A stretch of 38,298 nucleotides of DNA. It comes from a virus. Positions 8,524 through 15,974 of this stretch are shown piece by piece. How positions within the stretch are numbered: the first letter of the stretch is position 1; the number at the start of each line of letters is the position of its first letter. The stretch spans positions 1 through 38,298 of the IMG/VR virus record IMGVR_UViG_3300040801_000896, one strand, 5' to 3'. Position numbers and translations under genes: made by a program. Below the pieces are notes generated by a model that did not search any database, had not been told where the DNA came from, and saw only the letters and a list, made by a program, of their open reading frames with translations.

Positions 8524-8555
8524 CCCCTGTCCATCCATTTGGACAGGGGTTTTTT
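8524..8555 (+). terminator. Rho-independent terminator after the capsid gene
   Basis: cccctgtcc (8524-8532), loop atccattt, ggacagggg (8541-8549), then T6 (8550-8555). Confidence 0.8.
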
Positions 8556-8867
8556 ATGCCCAAAGTCAAAGTCATTGAGTCCGGTTTTGTTGCCGGGAAG
8601 TTTCACAAAGCCGGGGAGGTCCTTGAACTGACCGAACGGCAAACCGCTTGCGGTCTCCGCCGAAAACGGATTGAGGTTCCCAAGATGGGGGACCCGGGGC
8701 CCGTTTTTATTGACGGGGACCCGGAGGAAGCCACACCCGAAGGGGACCAAACGGAAGAGGCAATCAAAGCAGAATTGAAGGAAATGGGAATCAAGTTCCG
8801 GGCAAATGCCTCCATTGCCACCCTCAAGAAGAAACTTGCGGAAGCGCAAGAATCCGGGCTTGAATAG
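8556..8867 (+). CDS. Hypothetical head-associated protein, 103 aa (ORF-track start 8433 is upstream of the terminator and unlikely)
   Basis: The ATG abuts the terminator T-tract. The C-terminus IKAELKEMGIKFRANASIATLKKKLAEAQ looks like a small helix-extension-helix/SAP-type module. Confidence 0.6.
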   Translation: MPKVKVIESGFVAGKFHKAGEVLELTERQTACGLRRKRIEVPKMGDPGPVFIDGDPEEATPEGDQTEEAIKAELKEMGIKFRANASIATLKKKLAEAQESGLE

Positions 8868-8870
8868 GCA

Positions 8871-9368
8871 ATGTCCTTGACCATTGAAGACGGAACCGGG
8901 GTTGCCAATGCGGATTCATTTGCCACCGTTGCGGAAGCCCAAGCCTTTGCCACCGCCCGGGGGTTGACCCTCCCGGCGGACGATGCGGACGTTGAACCCC
9001 TCTTGGTCAAGGCGGCGGATTACCTTTTGGGGCTTGAAGATCAGTTCCGGGGGACCCGCACAAAGGAAGCTCAAAGGCTCCCGTTCCCCCGGTATGACGT
9101 TTGGAAGCCCGGGGGTTGGGTCTATGACTCCGATGAAATCCCGGACCTTCTCAAGCAAGCCCAAATCCGTCTTGCGGTCGATGCTTACACGGTGGATTTG
9201 CAACCAACCGGGACCGGGCAAGAGGTCCTCCGGGAAAAGGTTGGACCCATTGAAACCCAATACGCCCAACGGGGAACCGCCACCATTACCCCCGAATTCA
9301 ATGCGGCAATGTCCCTCCTTGCCCCCCTCTTGAAACCCGCCGGGCTCATTCCAGTTTTCCGGGCCTAA
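8871..9368 (+). CDS. Head-tail connector / adaptor protein
   Basis: 165 aa. The N-terminus MSLTIEDGTGVANADSFATVAEAQAFATARGLTLP...LLVKAADYL is typical of the gp6/DnaT-like adaptor proteins found at this position. Confidence 0.65.
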   Translation: MSLTIEDGTGVANADSFATVAEAQAFATARGLTLPADDADVEPLLVKAADYLLGLEDQFRGTRTKEAQRLPFPRYDVWKPGGWVYDSDEIPDLLKQAQIRLAVDAYTVDLQPTGTGQEVLREKVGPIETQYAQRGTATITPEFNAAMSLLAPLLKPAGLIPVFRA

Positions 9369-9385
9369 CTTCCTCCCGGGGATAC

Positions 9386-9430
9386 AAAAAAAACCCCGCC
9401 GGTCTTGGGGTAGTTCCGGCGGGGGTTTTA
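9386..9430. terminator. Bidirectional intrinsic terminator
   Basis: A8 (9386-9393), ccccgccgg (9394-9402), 13-nt loop, ccggcgggg (9416-9424), then gTTTT. An A-tract on one side and a T-tract on the other allow termination on both strands. Confidence 0.8.
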
Positions 9431-9433
9431 TGC

Positions 9434-9751
9434 TCAAATGATTTCCGGGTTTTCAGGGAAGACCACCGGGAGCCGTTCCAACTTGTGGGGGCGGACTTCA
9501 ACAGTGTCCCGGGGGCTTGCCCAGACTTTCTTTTGTAAAACCCGGGTATGGTTGGCAACCGGAAGTTGGACGGTAAGCAAGACCGAATCCGGGGCGGGGC
9601 GGTTTGCAAAATGATGCTCTGTTGACTTGTCCCGCCCATGGACGGCAACAATCTTGGCGGGGAAGGATTGCCCATCCAAAAGGAAGCAATCCAATTCGTC
9701 CTTATGGAAGACAACATGGAGGAGGGAAACGGTATAGTGTTTTTTGAACAT
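9434..9751 (-). CDS. Hypothetical 105 aa protein, opposite-strand moron
   Basis: ATG at 9751 (MFKKHYTVSLLHVVFHKDELD...). It is preceded by promoter-like module B and followed by the bidirectional terminator. No family recognised. Confidence 0.65.
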   Translation of the reverse strand: MFKKHYTVSLLHVVFHKDELDCFLLDGQSFPAKIVAVHGRDKSTEHHFANRPAPDSVLLTVQLPVANHTRVLQKKVWASPRDTVEVRPHKLERLPVVFPENPEII

Positions 9752-9786
9752 GACTTAAACAAAAACCGTTTTTCGTTTCCGGTCAA
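9752..9786 (-). promoter_or_regulatory. Promoter/operator-like module B: TTGACC-17 nt-TTTGTT-6 nt-ATG
   Basis: Minus-strand reading is TTGACC GGAAACGAAAAACGGTT TTTGTT TAAGTC ATG. Confidence 0.6.
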
Positions 9787-9830
9787 CACCTTTCTTGCCT
9801 TTCCATGAAAAAAGATTTCTTCTCCCTCAA

Positions 9831-10253
9831 ATGGCTTTCGACTATACCGGGCCCCAAGCAACCGCCCAAAAACTTCTTTTGCGGTTCGGCAACCCCATTG
9901 TCATGCAAAGATGTGCCGGGGACTCATACAACCCGGAGACCGGGGCTTTTGATGCGGACCCCACCTTGGTTACCCTCTCCCAAACCGTCAATATGGTCAC
10001 TGTTCCGGCTTCCGGGGGAACCGTTCAAGCTTTTGATGACCGGATGAGGGAAGATTATGTCAAAGGGCGGCTCCGGTTCTTCCTTTGTGCGGCGGTCCAA
10101 ACTGATGGGTCCGCATTAGATTTCATCCCCTCCGCCGGGGACATCATCATTTTTGAAGGGAGCAAGTGGGAGATTTCCGGGAACACCCCCTTGAACCCGG
10201 CAGGAACCCCCGTCCTTCACTCCTTCGGGGCCATGGAAGGGGGGAGGGCTTGA
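9831..10253 (+). CDS. Head-closure / head-tail joining protein (ORF-track start 9795)
   Basis: MAFDYTGPQATAQKLLLRFGNPIVMQR... About 140 aa, between the adaptor gene and the HK97 gp10-like gene. The call rests on synteny. Confidence 0.55.
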   Translation: MAFDYTGPQATAQKLLLRFGNPIVMQRCAGDSYNPETGAFDADPTLVTLSQTVNMVTVPASGGTVQAFDDRMREDYVKGRLRFFLCAAVQTDGSALDFIPSAGDIIIFEGSKWEISGNTPLNPAGTPVLHSFGAMEGGRA

Positions 10254-10645
10254 GCTTTTCCGCCGGGGTAAACCGTTGGGCCCGGAAGGTCCAAGGGGAG
10301 GTTGAAGGACTCCGCCGGGCGGTTGTCCTTGAGCTTTTCAACTCTGTCATTTTGGACACCCCCGTTTTGACCGGAAGACTCCGGGGCAACTGGCAAATCT
10401 CTTCCGGGGCCCCCAAGAGTGGAACGGTTGAAGTAACGGACCCCACCGGGACAACCACAACCGCCAAGGTTGCGGAGGTTGCCGGGAAGCTTTCAAACAA
10501 GGATGCTTCCGTCTTCCTCACCAATAACTTGCCCTATGCCTACCGCATTGAATATGATGGTTGGAGTCATACCAAAGCCCCGGAAGGTATGGTCCGAAAG
10601 AATTTCATCCGGGTTTCTCAAAATTTGAAAAAAGCTTATGGCTGA
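10250..10645 (+). CDS. HK97 gp10-like tail-completion / neck protein (TTG start overlapping the upstream TGA)
   Basis: The segment VVLELFNSVILDTPVLTGRLRGNWQIS matches the characteristic T-P-V-x-T-G-x-L-R-x-x-W pattern of the HK97 gp10 family. The ORF-track start at 10166 lies inside the upstream gene. Confidence 0.8.
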   Translation: MSFSAGVNRWARKVQGEVEGLRRAVVLELFNSVILDTPVLTGRLRGNWQISSGAPKSGTVEVTDPTGTTTTAKVAEVAGKLSNKDASVFLTNNLPYAYRIEYDGWSHTKAPEGMVRKNFIRVSQNLKKAYG

Positions 10646-11072
10646 TTCTGACACAATTGGGGCCCTCTTGGTTGCCGCAAAAACCTTCCTTACCGGGGAG
10701 GGTCTTTCCGCCTCTTCAATCTCTTGGGAAAATCGGGTCTTCAACCCGGTTGGGAAAACCCCTTGGGCGGCGGTTTTTGTGGTCCCCAACACCCCCCAAC
10801 CTGTCACCTTGGGCAATCAGGGAACGGACCGGGGGGATGGGTTCATGCAAATTGACCTCAACATCCCTTTCAACACCGGGGATTCAGTTTTGAGGACTTG
10901 GGAGGATGCCGCCCGGGCTTTTTTTATTGTGGGGTCAACCTTCACCCAAGGGGGGCAAATTGTCCGGGTCCTTTCTTGTGGGATGAGTCAAGGGCGGAAG
11001 GTTGACAACTGGTTCCGCAAGTCCTTGACTATTGCTTACCGGACCGATTTTCAAAGAAATTTAATCACCTAA
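10638..11072 (+). CDS. Tail terminator / tail completion protein
   Basis: 144 aa ORF immediately upstream of the major tail protein gene. The call rests on position. Confidence 0.55.
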   Translation: MADSDTIGALLVAAKTFLTGEGLSASSISWENRVFNPVGKTPWAAVFVVPNTPQPVTLGNQGTDRGDGFMQIDLNIPFNTGDSVLRTWEDAARAFFIVGSTFTQGGQIVRVLSCGMSQGRKVDNWFRKSLTIAYRTDFQRNLIT

Positions 11073-11078
11073 AAGCTA

Positions 11079-12005
11079 ATGTCTGATTCTTCCCGCCATA
11101 ACCTTTATTACGTTGCGGAATCCACTTACGGAACCACCCCAACGGCAAGCCCGGCTTTCTTGGACCTCCGCCACACCGCTTGTTCTCTTGGGTTGACCAA
11201 GACAACGGCAGTTTCGGAAGAGCTTCACCAAGACCGCCAAATCCGGGACTTCCGGCATGGAACCAAGAATGTTGCCGGGGATGTTGGGCTTGAACTTTCT
11301 TACGGATCTTTTGATGCCATCTTGGAAGCCATCCTTGGTGGGACTTGGGCAACGGACATCCTGAAAGCCGGGACAACCCGCCGTTCCTTCTCCCTTCTCC
11401 GCCATTTTTCGGACTTGGCTTCCGGGGACAAGCCTTACCACCTTTTCACCGGATGCGAATTCAACACCTTGTCCTTGACGGTCCCCGCCTCCGGGATTGT
11501 CACCGGGTCAATTGGAGTTCTTGGGAAGGGGATGTCCCCCTTGGCGGACCTCTCCGCCTTGACCACCCCAACCACCGGGGACCCGACCACAACGGAACCC
11601 TTTGACTCCTTCACCGGGACGGTTACGGAAGGTGGTTCCGGGATTGCGATTGTGACAGAGATTTCCTTGAACTTGGACAACGGACTTGCCGCCCGTTATG
11701 CCATCGGTTCAGCGGAAACCCTTCAACCCTCCATTGGGCGGTCCAACCTCACCGGGTCCATTACCGCTTTCTTTGAAGATGCCACCTTGCTTGAAAAGTT
11801 CCTGAATGAAACGGAATCCGCTTTGGTCTTCACCCTCTTGGACCCGGCGGGGAATTCTTACACGGTCACCCTTCCCCGTATCAAATACACCGGGGGCCAA
11901 CCGGACGTTTCCGGGCAAGGGGCAATTACCCTTTCCCTGCCCTTCCAAGCCATCCGGGACAGTTCGGAGGCAAGCAACATCAAGATTGTCCGGGCGGCAG
12001 CTTAA
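11079..12005 (+). CDS. Major tail (tube) protein
   Basis: 308 aa, followed by a terminator and then the chaperone and tape measure genes. The N-terminus NLYYVAESTYGTTPTASPAF resembles tail tube families. Confidence 0.75.
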   Translation: MSDSSRHNLYYVAESTYGTTPTASPAFLDLRHTACSLGLTKTTAVSEELHQDRQIRDFRHGTKNVAGDVGLELSYGSFDAILEAILGGTWATDILKAGTTRRSFSLLRHFSDLASGDKPYHLFTGCEFNTLSLTVPASGIVTGSIGVLGKGMSPLADLSALTTPTTGDPTTTEPFDSFTGTVTEGGSGIAIVTEISLNLDNGLAARYAIGSAETLQPSIGRSNLTGSITAFFEDATLLEKFLNETESALVFTLLDPAGNSYTVTLPRIKYTGGQPDVSGQGAITLSLPFQAIRDSSEASNIKIVRAAA

Positions 12006-12057
12006 AGCTTCTTTTTGAGGGGTTCATACAGTTAAAGCTAGTTGTGACAGAGATAGA

Positions 12058-12088
12058 ACCCGGGGGTTGACAGTTCCCCCGGGTTTTT
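12058..12088 (+). terminator. Rho-independent terminator after the major tail gene
   Basis: acccggggg (12058-12066), loop ttgacagtt, cccccgggt (12076-12084), with a T-run to 12088. Confidence 0.75.
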
Positions 12089-12100
12089 CTTGCCCGGACA

Positions 12101-12547
12101 ATGGAAAATGTTTTCTTTTTGCTTATGCCCATGGAAGAATTTTTCACCAAAGACAGAGCAAATGAAGGAATAAAATTCCCATTGACCCGCCCCGATGGGA
12201 CCAAGACAGACCATTGGTTGCTTGTCCGGGGGGTGGACTCGGACGTTTGCCAGCGGATCAACCGGGAGAACCGCCGGGAGTTTGCTTTCATTGAAGCGAC
12301 TGCAAAGGCAATTGAGTGCAAGGACACCCGGGCCAAGTATCTTGCGGATGAGTATGAAAGGCTTGAAAATAAGGCGGTTGCCGCCCTCATTGCAGATTGG
12401 TCTTTTGAAACGGAATGTAACCCGGAGGAGGTCCAAGCCTTCTTGCGGGAAGCCCCCCAAATCTTTGATGCAGTTAATCGAGTTGCGGGGAATCGTGCGG
12501 TTTTTTTCAGGAATGGGCCGGACAACTTGAAGCCTTCGCAAGGGTAG
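12101..12547 (+). CDS. Tail assembly chaperone, short form (lambda gpG analogue)
   Basis: 148 aa ORF directly upstream of the tape measure gene. It contains a slippery heptamer near its 3' end. Confidence 0.8.
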   Translation: MENVFFLLMPMEEFFTKDRANEGIKFPLTRPDGTKTDHWLLVRGVDSDVCQRINRENRREFAFIEATAKAIECKDTRAKYLADEYERLENKAVAALIADWSFETECNPEEVQAFLREAPQIFDAVNRVAGNRAVFFRNGPDNLKPSQG

Positions 12548-12861
12548 AATTTGAACTCTCCTTGCCTATCCCCGGAAGTTTGGCCCCGGAGATTACCCAC
12601 CTAAAAAAGGTTTGGGAGCAAACTGGGAAGAAGCCTCAAAAACTCGCAGAACAACCCCCTTGCCCCATTGGGCTTGGTTACCTTTGGGAGTGGTTTGCGG
12701 AGATTCACAACGCAGGGGGTAAGTTCACATATTCGGAAATTAAAGCTTGGGCGGACCTGACCCAAACCAAGCCCACCCCCCAAGAAGTCAATTTGCTTGT
12801 GAAACTGCATAACATATTTCAAGAATTAGTGAGTGGAAGACGTAACAAAGCTAGTCCTTGA
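12101..12861 (+). CDS. Tail assembly chaperone, frameshifted long form (gpGT analogue)
   Basis: Joining 12101-12508 to the -1 frame gives a continuous ORF ending at 12861. Its end overlaps the GTG start of the tape measure gene. Confidence 0.7.
12502..12508 (+). other. -1 programmed frameshift slippery heptamer T_TTT_TTC
   Basis: In the zero frame the sequence reads gcg gtT TTT TTC agg. The -1 frame is open from here to 12861 (FQEWAGQLEAFARVEFELSLPIPGS...). Confidence 0.75.
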
Positions 12862-15124
12862 AGTAGAAAGTGGTCAGGTTTCCCAAGCAGAACGGAGGCT
12901 TGGGGGGCTTGGGCGGACGGCAACAAAGACAGAGAAGGCAACCGGGGGGCTCACTAAGGCATTTATGCGTATGGCGGGGCCCCTTTTGGCCCTTGCTTCT
13001 GCCGGGGCAGCTTTACGCAAGTTAGTTGGGGTAACCCGGGAATTTGACATCCTCAATGCCCAATTGGTCACCGCTACCGGTTCAGCGGAAGGGGCGGCGG
13101 ATGCATTTGTTGCCATCCAAGACTTTGCCACCAACACCCCATACGACCTAGCGCAAGTCACTACTGCTTTTGGGAAGCTAGTCAACCTCGGTTTGACCCC
13201 CTCAGAGAGGGCTTTGACCTCTTACGGGGACACTGCTTCCGCAATGGGGCGGGACCTTAACCAGATGATTGAAGCGGTTGCGGATGCAGCAACCGGGGAG
13301 TTTGAAAGGCTCAAGGAATTTGGGGTCAAAGCCAAATCTCAAGGGGATGATGTGTCCTTTACCTTCCGGGGGGTCACTACTACCGTTAAAAAGGAAGCTG
13401 GGGAGATTGAAGAATATTTGGTTGCCCTTGGGGAGAACAACTTTGCCGGGGCAATGACGGAGAGGATGGACACCCTTGACGGGGCCCTCTCCAACCTTGG
13501 AGACGAATGGGACAAGCTTTGGTTGAACATTTCAAATACCGGGTCTGGGGACATCATTGAAGGGGCAGTCCGGGGGGCAATTGATGCCATTGGGGAACTA
13601 AATGACCTTTTAGCTTCCGGGCAGTTGCAAGCCTACCTTGAGGCGATTGCCAGCAAATTTGACGGGTGGGTTGATGCCGCCCATGACGCAACGGATGCAA
13701 TTTCCACCCTCTTTGAAATGGTTTTCCCCCAATGGGCGGAATCCGGTTCCGGGGCAGTGGGGGAAATTGTCAAGGGGTTCACTACCCTTCCGGAGGACAT
13801 TGAGGCGGTAATGGGTCTTGCCGGGGTTGAGATTTGGGCCCTTGTGGATGCCACCACCACCACCGGCAAAGCAATATATGACACCTTTGTTGCCTCCTTT
13901 GATGCGGTTCTTGATTATATCGAAGGCAAAACGGCAATCATTGGGGAATTCATTTCCCGGGTGGGGTCAAAAGATTGGTGGTTGAAACCACTTGGGGAGG
14001 CTTGGGACTTCTCAGACTTAGACACCCCAGACCTTGAAGAGACTTTTGGGAAAATTGTTGCCGCCTCCGGAAGTGCAACTGACAAGATCAAAGCCCAAGC
14101 CAAAATCCGGGAGGAATCCCGGGTTGAGGTCATCCATGGGATTCTTCAAGAGAGAAATGCCGCGGTTGATTCCTTTGAAACTCAGATTGAAAAAGCGGAT
14201 GAACTCCGGGCAGCGTATGAAGCTTTGAAAGCCGCCCGGGCGGCGGAGGAAGGGGACCGCCTTGCTGCCTTCAAATTTGACCCGGGGGGAGAAGAGGGGC
14301 CCACCGGACCGAGTAAGGAGGACATCAAAGCTTCAAGTGCCTTTGAAAAACTCCGCCAATCCTTGCTTTCTGAGGAAGAGGAAATTGAAGAGAGTTACCA
14401 ACGGCGGAAGCAAACCATTTTGGATTCCACCCTGACAACGGAAGAGGAAAAACTTGCGGTTATGGAACGGTTGAACCGGGACCACCAAGAGCAAATCCGG
14501 GAGTTTGAGCTTTCCCGTTGGAAGGATTCTCTTTCCTCCTTCGATGACTTCCAAAACAACCTTCTTGTCTTGGCCCGGACCGGGAACAAGGACCTTGCAA
14601 ACGTCTTCAAGGCGGCGGCAATTGCCAACACAATTATTAAGACTTACGAATCCGCAACGTCTGCTTATGCTTCCCTTGCCTCCATCCCCTATGTTGGCCC
14701 GGCTCTTGGGGCGGCGGCGGCGGCGGCGGCAATTGCGGCGGGGATTGCCAACGTTCAAGCCATCCGGGCCCAACCAATCGGGCAATATGCCCAAGGGGGC
14801 ATTTTGGGCGGTTCCTCCCCCACCGGGGACCAACTGACCTTCCAAGGCAACTCAGGGGAAGTGATTTTGAACTTTGCCCAACAGAAAGAGCTTTTGGACA
14901 TCGCTTCCGGACGGAAGGAGGGCGGCGGGGGTTCTTCCCCAATGGTCAAGATTTACAATTTGCCCGGGCAAACGGCGGAAACCCGGACGGATGAATCCGG
15001 CAATTTGGAAGTGACCATCAAACAAGCGGAGAACTTCATTGCGGGGCGGATTGCTTCGGGGGTTGGTCCGGTCACCCGGGCCCTTGAAGGGGCTTACCCC
15101 TTGAGAAGGGGGGTTGCTTCCTAA
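12833..15124 (+). CDS. Tail tape measure protein
   Basis: 763 aa, the largest alpha-helical ORF after the chaperone pair. It has the conserved N-terminal segment FATNTPYDLAQVTTAFGKLVNLGLTP and a Gly/Ala-rich hydrophobic stretch (GPALGAAAAAAAIAAGIANV). Confidence 0.9.
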   Translation: MEDVTKLVLEVESGQVSQAERRLGGLGRTATKTEKATGGLTKAFMRMAGPLLALASAGAALRKLVGVTREFDILNAQLVTATGSAEGAADAFVAIQDFATNTPYDLAQVTTAFGKLVNLGLTPSERALTSYGDTASAMGRDLNQMIEAVADAATGEFERLKEFGVKAKSQGDDVSFTFRGVTTTVKKEAGEIEEYLVALGENNFAGAMTERMDTLDGALSNLGDEWDKLWLNISNTGSGDIIEGAVRGAIDAIGELNDLLASGQLQAYLEAIASKFDGWVDAAHDATDAISTLFEMVFPQWAESGSGAVGEIVKGFTTLPEDIEAVMGLAGVEIWALVDATTTTGKAIYDTFVASFDAVLDYIEGKTAIIGEFISRVGSKDWWLKPLGEAWDFSDLDTPDLEETFGKIVAASGSATDKIKAQAKIREESRVEVIHGILQERNAAVDSFETQIEKADELRAAYEALKAARAAEEGDRLAAFKFDPGGEEGPTGPSKEDIKASSAFEKLRQSLLSEEEEIEESYQRRKQTILDSTLTTEEEKLAVMERLNRDHQEQIREFELSRWKDSLSSFDDFQNNLLVLARTGNKDLANVFKAAAIANTIIKTYESATSAYASLASIPYVGPALGAAAAAAAIAAGIANVQAIRAQPIGQYAQGGILGGSSPTGDQLTFQGNSGEVILNFAQQKELLDIASGRKEGGGGSSPMVKIYNLPGQTAETRTDESGNLEVTIKQAENFIAGRIASGVGPVTRALEGAYPLRRGVAS

Positions 15125-15483
15125 TGGTTGCTTGGCCCTCTGTATTCCCCAATCCTGACGTTGGGGTTTCATATGAGATTGATTCCCGGGTTGATGTCCT
15201 GAAAATGGATTCCGGGGAGTTCCGGCAACGTCCCGTCCGGCAGTCCCGGCGATATGTCTTCCCGGTCACCTTCACTTTTTCAGACCTAACTTTGGCTATG
15301 TTCAACGCTTGGTTTGCCTATAAAATTGAATCCGGGGCAACTTGGTTTGACCTTGAATTGCCGGTCAACGGTGGAGGAACAGAAACCCGGTCCGTTCGGT
15401 TCTTTGAACCAAGTTACCAAATCACCCTTTCCATCCCCCCTTCTGTCTGGACTGTAACCGCCCAACTTGAAACCTTGACCTGA
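15124..15483 (+). CDS. Small distal tail protein, paralogue 1
   Basis: 119 aa. TAATG overlap with the tape measure stop. It shares a WP..P.P ... R.R ... F.V.F.F ... F.L.LP ... W.V.A.L pattern with the next ORF. Confidence 0.7.
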   Translation: MVAWPSVFPNPDVGVSYEIDSRVDVLKMDSGEFRQRPVRQSRRYVFPVTFTFSDLTLAMFNAWFAYKIESGATWFDLELPVNGGGTETRSVRFFEPSYQITLSIPPSVWTVTAQLETLT

Positions 15484-15962
15484 TGGCTTCCATCGACTGG
15501 CCAGCAACCATCCCCCTTCCCTCAACCAACTTCTCCGCCTTGGTTGAAGGGCCCTCCATCTTTGGGCGGGGGCCCCGGACAAAGAACTTGGCCCGGAAGC
15601 GGACCCGGCGGACGGTCTTTTCCTTCCCCGTCCGTTGGGTTTTCCTCGATTTGGAGTTCCAAACCTTCGCAACCTTTTTCAAGACCACCCTTTCAGATGG
15701 GGTTTTGCCTTTCAATCTTCCCCTTGCGGGGGTGGGGGATGGACTTGTTGATGTTGAAGTCTTCTTCTCCGGGGCGGAGTATAACGCAACCCCCGGGGGT
15801 GGTTTGGTTTGGGATGTTTCGGCAACCCTGACATCCCACAAGCCCCCCATTTGGGATGAACGGGCCCTTGACCGCTACTTTTTTGATTGGCGTGCCCTTG
15901 TTCTCTCAGGGGGTGAAAATGCATTGCTTGAAGATGCTTCCCCTGTTCTTCTGAAATCTTAA
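15483..15962 (+). CDS. Small distal tail protein, paralogue 2
   Basis: 159 aa. TGATG overlap with the previous ORF. Same sequence pattern as 15124-15483. Confidence 0.7.
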   Translation: MASIDWPATIPLPSTNFSALVEGPSIFGRGPRTKNLARKRTRRTVFSFPVRWVFLDLEFQTFATFFKTTLSDGVLPFNLPLAGVGDGLVDVEVFFSGAEYNATPGGGLVWDVSATLTSHKPPIWDERALDRYFFDWRALVLSGGENALLEDASPVLLKS

Positions 15963-15974
15963 CTATTAAATGCC

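Noticed and set aside
8433-8867. The -1 frame is open from inside the capsid gene through the terminator into the next gene, suggesting a capsid-extension frameshift.
   Set aside because: There is no X_XXY_YYZ slippery heptamer in the overlap (8433-8496). The open frame is explained by the stop-poor composition, and the ATG at 8556 is a sufficient start.
14711-14730. A (GCG)n trinucleotide run encoding poly-Ala in the tape measure protein, as a possible contingency locus.
   Set aside because: It is short, in frame, and lies within a generally Gly/Ala-rich hydrophobic segment typical of tape measure proteins. There is no evidence of variability from a single sequence.
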